Translations under genes and position numbers: made by a program
Assembly (NCBI GenBank): GCA_020356105.1
Contig: CP070634.1
Coordinates: 1,721,348-1,785,347 of the forward strand
DNA length: 64,000 bases
Direction of reading: 5' to 3'
Source: Rhodospirillales bacterium
GTDB taxonomy: Bacteria; Pseudomonadota; Alphaproteobacteria; UBA8366; JADFVY01
The notes under the pieces: model-generated
What the model was told of the DNA's origin: nothing
Seen by the model: the letters and a program-made list of their open reading frames with translations, nothing else
Databases searched by the model: none
In this document: piece after piece, positions 1 to 9,851 of the stretch
How positions within the stretch are numbered: the stretch's first letter is position 1
How the letters are laid out: the number at the start of each line of letters is the position of its first letter

Positions 1-1913
1 TGTTCAGCCGAAATCTTGCAGTTTGGATCATTATTATTGTCCTCCTGGTCGCACTCTACAGCGTCCTGGGTGAGAATACCGCCCAACGGTCGGACAGCGA
101 AATTCCCTATTCGGTCTTCATTGCCGACGTCGAGAGCGGCAACGTCAACGACGTCGTCATCAAAGGCAACCGGATTTCCGGGCATTACAAGGACGGTCAG
201 CAGGAATTCTTCACCCGGGCGCCGGAAGCCGATTCCGGACTGATTCCATTGCTCCGCGAGGGTGGCGTGCTGTTCAAGGTCGAAGAGAGCGACGATGGAT
301 CGCGATCGCTATTCGACATCGTGATCTCATGGTTCCCGTTCCTCCTGCTGATCGGCGTGTGGATCTTCTTCATGCGCCAGATGCAGGGTGGCGGCGGAAA
401 GGCCATGGGGTTCGGCAAATCGCGCGCCAAACTGCTGACCGAGAAATTCGGACGGGTCACCTTCGATGATGTCGCCGGTATCGATGAGGCGAAGGTGGAG
501 CTGGAGGAGGTCGTGGATTTCCTGCGTGATCCCCAGAAATTCCAACGGCTTGGCGGCAAGATTCCGAAGGGCTGCCTCCTGGTCGGACCGCCGGGAACCG
601 GCAAGACCCTGCTGGCGCGGGCGATCGCCGGCGAGGCCAACGTCCCGTTCTTCACGATCTCAGGGTCGGACTTTGTCGAAATGTTCGTGGGCGTGGGTGC
701 CTCGCGCGTTCGGGACATGTTCGAGCAGGGCAAGAAGAACGCCCCCTGCATCATTTTCATCGATGAAATCGATGCCGTTGGCCGGCATAGAGGCGCAGGC
801 CTCGGTGGCGGTAACGACGAGCGCGAGCAGACTCTGAACCAGTTGCTTGTCGAAATGGACGGGTTCGAGGCCAATGAGGGCGTGATCCTGATTGCCGCCA
901 CCAACCGGCCTGATGTTCTCGATCCGGCATTGTTGCGTCCGGGCCGCTTCGACCGGCAGGTCGTCGTGCCCAATCCGGATATCCTGGGCCGGGAGAAGAT
1001 CCTCAAGGTGCATTTGCGCAAGGTTCCGTTGGCGCCGGACGTCAATCCGCGGACGATCGCCCGCGGCACGCCCGGGTTTTCCGGAGCGGATCTCGCCAAC
1101 CTCGTGAACGAGGCCGCCCTGCTGGCGGCGCGCAAGAACCGTCGCGTGGTGACCATGCAGGATCTCGAAGACGCCAAGGACAAGGTGCTGATGGGAACCG
1201 AGCGCCGTTCGATGGTGATGAGCGACGAAGAAAAGCGGCTCACCGCCTATCACGAGGCGGGTCATGCCATAGCAGCCCTCCATTCGCCGGCGTCGGACCC
1301 GATACACAAGGCGACGATCATTCCCCGCGGGCGCGCGCTCGGCATGGTCATGCGGTTGCCCGAGCGCGACGAGTACTCGATGGCTCGGGACAAGCTCCAC
1401 GCCAATCTCGTCGTTGCGATGGGCGGCCGGATCGCCGAGGAGATGATTTTCGGCTACGACAAGGTGACGACCGGCGCTTCGGGGGATATCGCCCAAGCCA
1501 CACGCATCGCCCGAAATATGGTTACGGTTTGGGGGATGAGCGACAAGCTGGGTCCGCTGCGTTACAACGAGGACCAGGAAGAGATCTTCCTCGGGCACTC
1601 GGTCACCCAGACCAAGAACGTATCGGGCGCCACCGCGAAATTGATCGATGAAGAGGTGCGCCGCATCGTCGACGAGGCCTATACGACCTGCGAGAAGATT
1701 CTGAATGAACAAAAGGACCAGTTGGTCGCGTTGGCCGAGGCATTGCTCGAATATGAAACCCTGACCGGCGAGGAAATCGAGGCGGTGGCACGTGGTGAAT
1801 CGATCGTCCGCCCGGAGGACGACAGTCCAACGCCAAACGGCGCAAAATCGTCGGTGCCCAGTTCCGGCAAGCTTGGAATCGATCCCAACCCGAAACCGCA
1901 GCCGGAAAGCTGA
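1..1913 (+). CDS. ftsH: ATP-dependent zinc metalloprotease FtsH (5' end lies outside the window; the frame is open from position 3)
   Basis: The reading frame continues upstream of the listed Met at 249 to the window edge with a TM-like segment. Walker A GPPGTGKT, Walker [10 protein letters not shown] and zinc site HEAGHA are present. Confidence 0.97.
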   Translation, partial: FSRNLAVWIIIIVLLVALYSVLGENTAQRSDSEIPYSVFIADVESGNVNDVVIKGNRISGHYKDGQQEFFTRAPEADSGLIPLLREGGVLFKVEESDDGSRSLFDIVISWFPFLLLIGVWIFFMRQMQGGGGKAMGFGKSRAKLLTEKFGRVTFDDVAGIDEAKVELEEVVDFLRDPQKFQRLGGKIPKGCLLVGPPGTGKTLLARAIAGEANVPFFTISGSDFVEMFVGVGASRVRDMFEQGKKNAPCIIFIDEIDAVGRHRGAGLGGGNDEREQTLNQLLVEMDGFEANEGVILIAATNRPDVLDPALLRPGRFDRQVVVPNPDILGREKILKVHLRKVPLAPDVNPRTIARGTPGFSGADLANLVNEAALLAARKNRRVVTMQDLEDAKDKVLMGTERRSMVMSDEEKRLTAYHEAGHAIAALHSPASDPIHKATIIPRGRALGMVMRLPERDEYSMARDKLHANLVVAMGGRIAEEMIFGYDKVTTGASGDIAQATRIARNMVTVWGMSDKLGPLRYNEDQEEIFLGHSVTQTKNVSGATAKLIDEEVRRIVDEAYTTCEKILNEQKDQLVALAEALLEYETLTGEEIEAVARGESIVRPEDDSPTPNGAKSSVPSSGKLGIDPNPKPQPES

Positions 1914-1939
1914 CCCCAGCGGCGTTGACGTAGAGACAT

Positions 1940-1973
1940 GGCCGCCGCGTTTTGAACGTGGCGGCCTGCTTTA
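1940..1973 (+). terminator. Candidate rho-independent terminator after ftsH
   Basis: GGCCGCC (1940-1946) pairs with GGCGGCC (1960-1966) across a 13-nt loop, followed by TGCTTTAT. Confidence 0.45.
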
Positions 1974-2105
1974 TGGCGCGGTTCGATCGGTCCGGTCGGG
2001 ATACTGTTACGCGACACGGGTATCCGACAGGGGCCGGGCGACGACCTGCCGCTCTCCGGATATTCGGACGGGATTGCTGCCATGGATGTTTTTCTTTGGT
2101 ATTAA

Positions 2106-2134
2106 TTGTCTATTCACACGCAATGTCTTAAATA
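2106..2134 (+). promoter_or_regulatory. Candidate sigma70-type promoter upstream of glmM
   Basis: TTGTCT (2106-2111), a 17-nt spacer, then TAAATA (2129-2134), in a locally AT-rich patch about 60 nt upstream of the glmM ATG. Confidence 0.3.
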
Positions 2135-2196
2135 CCCTGTTCGCAAGGCTGGTCGCGAAGTCGTGAACCAGCGCTCGGACGGGTCACGGGGTAACA

Positions 2197-3543
2197 ATGG
2201 CGCGAAAGCTGTTCGGGACCGATGGCGTGCGAGGTCTCGCCAATACGGAGCCGATCACGCCGCAAACCGTTCTGCGGTTGGCGACGGCCGTGGGCCATCG
2301 CTTTCGACGCGGCGAGCATCGTCATCTTGTCGTGATCGGTAAGGACACGCGGCTCTCCGGTTACATGCTGGAGCCGGCTCTTACGGCTGGCTTCGTTTCC
2401 ATGGGCATGGATGTCGTCCTCGTCGGTCCGTTGCCGACACCGGCCCTCGCGGTTCTCACGAGGTCGCTGCGCGCGGATCTCGGTGTCGTGATCTCGGCCT
2501 CGCACAACCCATATTACGATAACGGGATCAAACTGTTCGGTCCGGACGGCTACAAGCTGTCGGATGACGAAGAGCTTGAGATCGAGCGGCTGATGGATGA
2601 CCCGGGCCTTCAGCCGGCGGAGCCGGCGGCCCTCGGGCGGGCGCGCCGTCTGGACGATGCGCAAGGGCGCTATATCGAGTATGTCAAACAGACATTTCCG
2701 CGCGGCCTGAGGCTCGACGGTTTGCGAATCGTCGTCGATTGTGCCAACGGGGCAGCGTACAAGGTCGCGCCGACGGTGCTGTGGGAGCTGGGCGCAGATG
2801 TCCTTCCAGTCGGGGTGGACCCGGACGGGACGAATATCAACAAGAACTGTGGCGCGACGGTACCGGAAACCGTTTCTGAACGGGTCGTGGCCGCCGGTGC
2901 CGACCTCGGCATCGCGTTCGATGGCGACGCGGATCGTGTGATAATCGCGGACGAGAACGGACGGATCATAGACGGCGACCAATTGATGGCCCTGATTGCC
3001 ACGGACTGGCATGGGACAGGCCGGTTGCTTGGCGGCGGCGTCGTGGCGACGGTGATGTCTAACCTCGGATTCGAGCGGTATCTGGAGCGCCTGGGGCTGA
3101 AACTGATCCGAGCTGCCGTCGGTGACCGCTATGTCGTCGAGCTTATGAGATCGGGCTCGTATAATGTCGGCGGCGAGCAGTCGGGACATATCATTCTGTC
3201 GGATTACGGCACGACCGGAGACGGCTTGATCGCGGCGCTTCAATCGTTGGCGGCCCTGGTGATCAGGGATGAATCCGCGAGCGAGGTGCTGAGCGTCTTC
3301 GAAACTCTGCCGCAGATCCAGGAGAATGTCCGGTTCTCAGGCGAGGCGCCGCTCGAGAATCGACTGGTTCGCGAAGCGATCGCTGACGGCGAGAGCCTGC
3401 TGGGCACCGAAGGGCGGCTGGTCATCCGGAAATCTGGCACCGAACCGGTCATCCGGGTCATGGCCCAGGGGGCCGATGAGGTGCTGATCGGAAGTATTGT
3501 CCGCGATATCGTCGGTGCAATCGAGCAGGTATCCGGAACATGA
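2197..3543 (+). CDS. glmM: Phosphoglucosamine mutase
   Basis: N-terminus [10 protein letters not shown] and phosphoserine loop [13 protein letters not shown]; 448 aa. Confidence 0.95.
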   Translation: MARKLFGTDGVRGLANTEPITPQTVLRLATAVGHRFRRGEHRHLVVIGKDTRLSGYMLEPALTAGFVSMGMDVVLVGPLPTPALAVLTRSLRADLGVVISASHNPYYDNGIKLFGPDGYKLSDDEELEIERLMDDPGLQPAEPAALGRARRLDDAQGRYIEYVKQTFPRGLRLDGLRIVVDCANGAAYKVAPTVLWELGADVLPVGVDPDGTNINKNCGATVPETVSERVVAAGADLGIAFDGDADRVIIADENGRIIDGDQLMALIATDWHGTGRLLGGGVVATVMSNLGFERYLERLGLKLIRAAVGDRYVVELMRSGSYNVGGEQSGHIILSDYGTTGDGLIAALQSLAALVIRDESASEVLSVFETLPQIQENVRFSGEAPLENRLVREAIADGESLLGTEGRLVIRKSGTEPVIRVMAQGADEVLIGSIVRDIVGAIEQVSGT

Positions 3544-4436
3544 TCGAACATCATCCGCAGGATCGGGCGGCCGGTGAATTCGAGCCGTCGGAACAGCGGG
3601 AAACGCGGATGCAGGGCCGCGTGCTGGTTGTTGCGGGGTCTGATTCCGGCGGTGGCGCCGGAATTCAGGCGGACATCAAGACCGTGACGGCGCTTGGTGG
3701 CTACGCGATGACGGCCGTAACGGCGCTCACGGCGCAAAATACAGAAGGTGTCAACGGCATTGTCGAGACGTCGGCGGGCTTCATCGGCAAGCAGATGCGC
3801 CTCGTGCTGAAGGACATCGGCGCCGATGTGATCAAGATCGGTATGGTCCCGAACGAAGAGACGATCGAGTCGGTTCATTACACCTATATGGAATTTGCGC
3901 CAGACGTTCCGCTGGTGCTCGATCCGGTGATGATGGCCAAGGGTGGACACCCGCTGATCGACCGCGACGCGATTCACATGGTCCGCCAGCACTTCCTGCT
4001 AAATTCTTACATTGCGACGCCGAATATCCCGGAGGCAGAGGTGCTTACCGGGATGGAAATACACAGTCTCGATGACATGAAGCACGCGGCTGAGATCATG
4101 ATCACCCTCGGCTGTCAGAGAACGTTGATCAAGGGTGGGCATTTCAAGCGCGGCGAGAGTGAGACAATCTACGATGTCTTGTTCGACGAGAATGGCGTCG
4201 AGGTCTTCGAGGACAGGCGGATCGACACGCCACACACGCATGGCACCGGCTGTACGCTTGCCTCGGCAATCGCCGTTTCGCTGGCGCAAGGTATGACCAT
4301 CAGGGATTCGGTGATTCGTGCCCGTGCCTATGTTCGACAGGCGATCCTCACGGCGCCGGGCTTCGGCAAGGGTCATGGTCCGCTCAATCACGCCCATACC
4401 GTTGCCCCCTTTCATCCGGAGCGCAAAACCGAATAG
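3540..4436 (+). CDS. thiD: Hydroxymethylpyrimidine/phosphomethylpyrimidine kinase
   Basis: [21 protein letters not shown] and a C-terminal [11 protein letters not shown] motif. The ATGA start overlaps the glmM stop. An alternative start at Met24 (3609) would give a more typical length. Confidence 0.9.
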   Translation: MIEHHPQDRAAGEFEPSEQRETRMQGRVLVVAGSDSGGGAGIQADIKTVTALGGYAMTAVTALTAQNTEGVNGIVETSAGFIGKQMRLVLKDIGADVIKIGMVPNEETIESVHYTYMEFAPDVPLVLDPVMMAKGGHPLIDRDAIHMVRQHFLLNSYIATPNIPEAEVLTGMEIHSLDDMKHAAEIMITLGCQRTLIKGGHFKRGESETIYDVLFDENGVEVFEDRRIDTPHTHGTGCTLASAIAVSLAQGMTIRDSVIRARAYVRQAILTAPGFGKGHGPLNHAHTVAPFHPERKTE

Positions 4437-4601
4437 CCTGTCAACGGCCGGACCTGACCGCGGATGGACAGGGACGGCAGCCCCGTCACCGGGCCGCATT
4501 GGCACGGTTGTCTTCGCCGGCTCACCGAGCTGTGCGGTAGGAGGCCAGGAAGCCGGAATCCGCAGTCGCCGCGGCGCCGCAGCTTGTCTTTGGGAGTGAA
4601 C

Positions 4602-5438
4602 ATGAGCGCGAGAGTGGCGGAGCCCTTGTTTGTCGTGGACGCGTTCACCGGGGACGGGCTTGCCGGGAACCCCGCCGGGGTATGTCCACTGAGTGCCTGG
4701 CCGTCAGACGCGACCATGCAGAGTTTGGCGTTCGAGCTGGCGTTGTCGGAGACCGCATTTTTCGCAGCGGACGGTCCGGACTCTTACCTGTTGAGGTGGT
4801 TCACGCCGGAGACAGAGGTCGACCTCTGCGGTCATGCGACCTTGGCCGCGGCCGCGGTGTTCTTCCGCACGATCGATCCCGCGGCTACGGTCGTTCGCTT
4901 CTCGACGCGCAGCGCCGGCGATCTTGCCGTTACCCGCAACGCCGACCTGCTTGAGCTCGATTTTCCGTCGCAGCCCGCTATACGACATGCGCAAGAGGGC
5001 CTGAGCGCAGCCCTTGGGGCCGCGCCGCTGGAGGCTCTGTCGATACCGGGGCGCATAAACATGGCCGTGTTCGGGGATGAGGGCACGGTGCGCGCAATTC
5101 GCCCGGACATGGCCCGGATTGCCGCCCTTGATGCACAGTTGCTGATCGCAACGGCGCCCGGCGCCGCCTGCGACTTCGTATCGCGCTGCTTCGCGCCACG
5201 GGCCGGAATTCCGGAAGACCCCGTAACCGGCAGCGCGCATACGATGCTTGTCCCCTACTGGTCAAAGAGGCTGGACAAGCCGCGCCTGCACGCCAAACAG
5301 ATATCGGAGCGAGGCGGCGAACTGTTCTGCACCGACCGGGGAGACCGAGTGGGAATCGCCGGCCGAGCCACCATTCGAAGAGAGGGTCGAGTCGAGTTTG
5401 GCAGCATGCCGCCGCGATCCGAGCTTGCGCCGGTGTGA
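4602..5438 (+). CDS. PhzF-family isomerase
   Basis: FVVDAFTGDGLAGNPAGV and EVDLCGHATLAAA motifs. The start is placed at the internal Met (MSARVAEPLF) because the upstream 46 codons are Arg/Pro-rich. Confidence 0.85.
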   Translation: MSARVAEPLFVVDAFTGDGLAGNPAGVCPLSAWPSDATMQSLAFELALSETAFFAADGPDSYLLRWFTPETEVDLCGHATLAAAAVFFRTIDPAATVVRFSTRSAGDLAVTRNADLLELDFPSQPAIRHAQEGLSAALGAAPLEALSIPGRINMAVFGDEGTVRAIRPDMARIAALDAQLLIATAPGAACDFVSRCFAPRAGIPEDPVTGSAHTMLVPYWSKRLDKPRLHAKQISERGGELFCTDRGDRVGIAGRATIRREGRVEFGSMPPRSELAPV

Positions 5439-5712
5439 TTGCACCGGACGGCCGATGCTGTCCGTCTGTTCCGCTGCCACGGTTCGTGCAGCCGGTCTCG
5501 ATGGTGATCTGTTAAGGATGGACTTGCCCGGCGAGACGATGGTCCTGATGCTGACGGGCATCGCCATCGCGCGAGACGGATAAACACGTTAAGATGTCCG
5601 CTGGCTCTAGGAGACAAGAGCCCGGAGCCGGAGCCAGAGAACGCGGCCGAACGGCCCGCATTCGACGGTAGCGGCTCTTGCTGGGGCGACATGACGAACT
5701 CCGCCTAGCCCG

Positions 5713-6120
5713 ATGATTACGGTCTATGACATCAAGACCGACCTGCCCCCGGAACAGTTCATCGATGTTCTGTTGCGCTCGGGCCTGGCGCCGCGCCGGC
5801 CGGTCGACCAGCCAAAGCGCATTGCCGCGATGCTTGCGAACGCCAATCTCCTGGTGACCGCACGAGATATCGAAGGGCAGCTGATCGGGGTGGCGCGGTG
5901 TCTGACCGATTATGCCTATGTGTGTTATTGCTCGGATCTCGCCGTCGACCGCAGATGGCAGGGTCAGGGTATCGGCCGCGAACTGATCCGGCGCAGCCGC
6001 GAAGCCGCGGGTGACGGTGCGACCTTTCTGTTGCTCTCTGCACCCGGTGTCGAGGATTACTACCAGAAATCGGGGTTCGAGAAGTTCGAGATGTGCTACG
6101 GAATTCGGCGAACGCAATAG
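5713..6120 (+). CDS. GNAT-family N-acetyltransferase
   Basis: Acetyl-CoA motif A: VDRRWQGQGIGRELI; 135 aa. Confidence 0.8.
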   Translation: MITVYDIKTDLPPEQFIDVLLRSGLAPRRPVDQPKRIAAMLANANLLVTARDIEGQLIGVARCLTDYAYVCYCSDLAVDRRWQGQGIGRELIRRSREAAGDGATFLLLSAPGVEDYYQKSGFEKFEMCYGIRRTQ

Positions 6121-6128
6121 ATCCGGCG

Positions 6129-6626
6129 ATGCGGATGGAAAAGGCCCTGGAAATCAATGTCGAGCCCGCGACGCGACCGGAGGATTTCGATATCGCGCGC
6201 GAGCTGCTTCGTGCATATGCCGAAGAAATGGGCTTCGATCTGTGTTTCCAGGATTTCAGCACGGAACTCGACAGCTTGCCGGATGTCTATGTGCCGCCCC
6301 TGGGAGAACTGTTGTTGTGCCGAGTCGGCGGTGCGCCGGCCGGCTGTGTCGCCACCCGCCGCTTCGCGCCCGGCGTGGCCGAGCTAAAGCGGCTCTATGT
6401 CCGGCCGGAATTCCGCGAGCTGAAAATCGGCCGCAACCTGACCTGGCTGGCGATGGGGATGGCGCACGAGGCGGGCTATGCATCGATCCGCCTGGAATCC
6501 GTTCCCGATCTCATGCCGACGGCGGTCGCAATGTACGAAAAGCTGGGCTTCGAGCGGTTGCCCTGCCCGCATGGCACCGATCCTCGCATCGTTTGTTACG
6601 TGCGTTCGCTCGCCGACCTTGTCTAG
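6129..6626 (+). CDS. GNAT-family N-acetyltransferase
   Basis: LKRLYVRPEFRELKIGRNL and YEKLGFE motifs. The start is set at the Met at 6129, just after the stop of the preceding GNAT gene. Confidence 0.8.
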   Translation: MRMEKALEINVEPATRPEDFDIARELLRAYAEEMGFDLCFQDFSTELDSLPDVYVPPLGELLLCRVGGAPAGCVATRRFAPGVAELKRLYVRPEFRELKIGRNLTWLAMGMAHEAGYASIRLESVPDLMPTAVAMYEKLGFERLPCPHGTDPRIVCYVRSLADLV

Positions 6627-6937
6627 CCGGCGGATCGGAAATTGACCGCAAGAACCGGGTGGGCCGGAAGCGGCACCTGCGCCATATTCGCTGTGTCGAA
6701 GCAATCACTACGAGGTCGAAGCATTCCGATGGACGGGTTCAGGAATTGCCATCATCGGTCTGATCTTGGTCAACGGTCTCAAGGACGGGATTACGAGACG
6801 ATATCGCCGGGCTCGGCAACACCGTTGGTACGGACGGCTCGATGGTCTCCTGCCGCGCGATAACGGCATCGATCGGGTAATGGCGAAAGGTGAGTCCGTG
6901 AACCGGTTCGGGAAGACTTGAGAGGAGGACGACGATC

Positions 6938-7921
6938 ATGGAGACTGCCGCCATGCTGCCGAAAGACGAGAGCAGACCCGCGCTGCCGCAAAGCGGCGGA
7001 GCGGACGCTGCGCGGATCGCACGCACGCTCGACCGCCTGGCGTCGCGGTTTCCGGAACAGCCCTCGCTTGCCGAACTGGCGGTCGAGGCTGGTGTAAGCG
7101 CGCATCATTTCCAGCGGATGTTTACCCGCTGGGCAGGTGTCAGCCCCAAGAAGTTCCTGCAGCACCTCACGCTCGAGGCGGCAAAACAACGGCTTCGTCA
7201 ATCGGCAAGCGTGCTGGACGCGGCCTACGACGCCGGCCTGTCCGGTCCCGGCCGGTTACACGATCTCTTCGTGACTTTCGAAGCGACGACCCCCGGCGAG
7301 TACAAGACGAGGGGCGAGGGGCTCACCATTGAGTACGGATTTCATGACAGCCCGTTCGGCGAATGCCTGCTGATGGTCACGGCGCGCGGCATATGCGGAC
7401 TTGGATTCGTGGCGCCGGGCGAGCGCGACGCGGCCCTTGCCGTGATGTCGCGGGGTTGGGAGCGTGCCCGCATTCGCCGCGACGACGCAGCCACCGTCGT
7501 CTACATCCCACGCATCTTTGCCCGGCCCGGAGAGGTGCGCGCGCACGACGCATCTCCACTCAGGCTGTTCTTGCGCGGGAGCCGTTTCCAACTGAAGGTC
7601 TGGCAGGCATTGCTGACGATGCCGCCGGGAACATTGACCACCTACCAGGATCTGGCGCGACGGCTTGGCCTTCCCCGCGGTGCTGCGCGCGCAATCGGCA
7701 ACGCCAACGGCGCCAATCCTGTCCCCTGGCTGATCCCGTGCCATCGGGTCATACGCAAGACGGGCGCGCTTGGTGGCTACGCCTGGGGCGAGGGGTGCAA
7801 GATGGCGATGATCGGATGGGAGGCGGTCGCCGCGGACGCCGCCCCTCACGGGTTATCGGCCCAAGGCTCCAGCCCGCCCCAGGCGATGAATGGCGGATTT
7901 TCGAAACCGGGCTTGCCGTAG
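6938..7921 (+). CDS. AraC-type HTH / methylated-DNA-protein-cysteine methyltransferase fusion (Ada-like)
   Basis: AraC HTH region (GVSAHHFQRMFTRWAGVSPKKF) plus the MGMT active site IPCHRVI. Confidence 0.85.
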   Translation: METAAMLPKDESRPALPQSGGADAARIARTLDRLASRFPEQPSLAELAVEAGVSAHHFQRMFTRWAGVSPKKFLQHLTLEAAKQRLRQSASVLDAAYDAGLSGPGRLHDLFVTFEATTPGEYKTRGEGLTIEYGFHDSPFGECLLMVTARGICGLGFVAPGERDAALAVMSRGWERARIRRDDAATVVYIPRIFARPGEVRAHDASPLRLFLRGSRFQLKVWQALLTMPPGTLTTYQDLARRLGLPRGAARAIGNANGANPVPWLIPCHRVIRKTGALGGYAWGEGCKMAMIGWEAVAADAAPHGLSAQGSSPPQAMNGGFSKPGLP

Positions 7922-8637
7922 GTAAGCGGATTTCCCTGCGCGTCCGTGACCTGGCCGCCGGCGGCCGCGAGGACGGCATGTCCGGCCGCAGTATCCCACT
8001 CCATCGTACGGCCAAACCGGGGATAGACGTCCGCCTCGCCGCCGGCGACCAGGCAAAATTTGAGGGAGCTCCCCGCGGTCTTGCGGCCGGCCACCGGATG
8101 CCCGCGCAACAGACGGTCGATCGCTTCGGGATCGCCGTGACGGCGGCTGGCGACTATGACCACACCATCGGTTGGCGCCGCGCGGATGTGAATTGAATTC
8201 GCCGATTGACCGTCGACGGCACGTGTCGCGCCGCCGCCGCTGACGCCCGTATAGGTGAGACCCAGGGCGGGTACGTGGACGACGCCGAGGACCGGCAGAC
8301 GATCGACGATCAGCGCGATGTTGACGGTGAATTCATCATTGCGGCTCAGGAACTCGCGGGTGCCGTCGAGCGGATCGACCAGCCAGAACCGGCCGCCGGA
8401 GATATCGGGCAGGCGACCCTGCGATGCGGCCTCCTCGGCGACCAGCGGCGTGTTCGGCGAAATTCCCGCCAACCCGGCTTCGATAATCTCCTCCGCAGCC
8501 AAGTCCGCCGCGGTGACAGGGGATTCGTCGGCCTTCGTGTCGTGGTCGAAATCCGTGGCGTATATCTCAAGGATGGCGGCACCCGCGCGATGCGCGAGGG
8601 CGGTGATTTCAGGCAGAAGCCGGTCGAATTCGTTCAT
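7846..8637 (-). CDS. cysQ: 3'(2'),5'-bisphosphate nucleotidase (inositol monophosphatase family)
   Basis: WLVDPLDGTREF and WDTAAGHAVL motifs; 263 aa. Confidence 0.85.
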   Translation of the reverse strand: MNEFDRLLPEITALAHRAGAAILEIYATDFDHDTKADESPVTAADLAAEEIIEAGLAGISPNTPLVAEEAASQGRLPDISGGRFWLVDPLDGTREFLSRNDEFTVNIALIVDRLPVLGVVHVPALGLTYTGVSGGGATRAVDGQSANSIHIRAAPTDGVVIVASRRHGDPEAIDRLLRGHPVAGRKTAGSSLKFCLVAGGEADVYPRFGRTMEWDTAAGHAVLAAAGGQVTDAQGNPLTYGKPGFENPPFIAWGGLEPWADNP

Positions 8638-9851
8638 GCCAGGTCCTTAAGTCGAAATGCGAGGTGGCCGGTCCGCGAGAGCGAGCGGAAGAATCTGAGG
8701 CCGTGGTGCTTCAGGTCCTGCGGCGACACGGTCCAGTCGACCGTGTCAAGGCATTGGGTGATCGTCCGGTTCCCGTCAATGGTGCGGAAGATTGCGACCA
8801 AGGCCGGTGGCAATGTGATCGACGCGAGACGCGGGCTCGAGAGAATGGCCGGTTTTCCGTTGGCCGCGGGTTTAAGCGTGCAATCCCGCAGCAGCGGCAC
8901 CGCACGGTCGGGCAACTCCGGGTCGTCGAAATCCACGCGATAGCTCTCCTGCGGGCGATCGGGACGGCAAACGCAGAAGTCGTGGCGTGATAGAAGGCCA
9001 CCCAGCAGCTCCATGGCGCGCCAGCGATCGGCCTCGCTGAGCCGTTCGAGGCGTTGGTAGAGCGGGTGGTTCTCCGGGACACCGGCTTCCGGATAATAAT
9101 ACATCGGCTCCAGCCAGCCCTGAAAGACGAGCCCCGCATCTTCCGTCATCTCAATTACGTCGCCGACGGTAAAGGGACGATCCTGGCGGTGCAGGAACAG
9201 ATCAACCAGTCCGGCATCGTGTTTCATGTCGGTCGAGCGCTCGGCATAGATGCGCAACGGATGTTTCGGCGGCAATAGCGGCAGGGTCGCCTTGACCAGC
9301 GCGACATCCTCCTCCGACTGTTCGGTCGCACCGACGATGCGGAACAAATCCTGCATCATGTATACCGCCATGCGACCATAGCGGCCGTAAAGCATGACGT
9401 AGATGACGCCGTCGCGCCGCAATACGCTGGCGAGCGCGCGCAGACCCGCAACCGGATCCTTCAGGTGATGCAGGACTCCGGAACAGGCAATGAAATCGAA
9501 CTCGCGACCGAGGGAGCCCACCTCTTCCAACCGCATACGCTCGAGCGAGAGATTCTTGAGACCATGCTTGGCCTTTAATCTTTCTTCATGCGCCAGCGAA
9601 GCGGCGCTGATATCGATGCCGGTCACCCTGGCGGTCGGGTGCTGCAACGCGTCGGTGGCCGCCTGATTGGCTCCGCATCCGGCAACCAGGATGTCCAGGC
9701 CGTCACGGTAGCCCGTGGCCGGCCAGTACACATCGCCGTAGTCGCGTGGGTCGCCGATGCTGATGCCGCCGCCGGCGGCCCAAGCTTTGAGGTCATCGAT
9801 CGGCTGGGGGTAAATCCAGCGTTCGTACTGACTGCGCACCTCGTCCGTCAT
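8634..9851 (-). CDS. Class I SAM-dependent methyltransferase with a C-terminal extension of about 150 aa
   Basis: Motif I ILVAGCGANQ, then DFIACSGVLHHLKDP. The stop overlaps the cysQ start (ATGA). Confidence 0.8.
   Translation of the reverse strand: MTDEVRSQYERWIYPQPIDDLKAWAAGGGISIGDPRDYGDVYWPATGYRDGLDILVAGCGANQAATDALQHPTARVTGIDISAASLAHEERLKAKHGLKNLSLERMRLEEVGSLGREFDFIACSGVLHHLKDPVAGLRALASVLRRDGVIYVMLYGRYGRMAVYMMQDLFRIVGATEQSEEDVALVKATLPLLPPKHPLRIYAERSTDMKHDAGLVDLFLHRQDRPFTVGDVIEMTEDAGLVFQGWLEPMYYYPEAGVPENHPLYQRLERLSEADRWRAMELLGGLLSRHDFCVCRPDRPQESYRVDFDDPELPDRAVPLLRDCTLKPAANGKPAILSSPRLASITLPPALVAIFRTIDGNRTITQCLDTVDWTVSPQDLKHHGLRFFRSLSRTGHLAFRLKDLA

Noticed and set aside
5439-5712. A 274-bp spacer after the PhzF-family gene with small hairpins (e.g. 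GGCTCT-aggagaca-AGAGCC at 5603-5622). I checked it for a riboswitch, sRNA or tRNA.
   Set aside because: I see no conserved riboswitch core (TPP, B12, SAM, glycine, FMN) and no cloverleaf. The hairpins are short enough to arise by chance.
6739-7026. A small minus-strand ORF in the GNAT / Ada-like spacer. Its internal Met would give a ~66-aa protein with one hydrophobic N-terminal segment.
   Set aside because: It has moderate third-position GC, no RBS that I can see and no recognisable motif, and its start overlaps the ada-like start. The evidence is insufficient.
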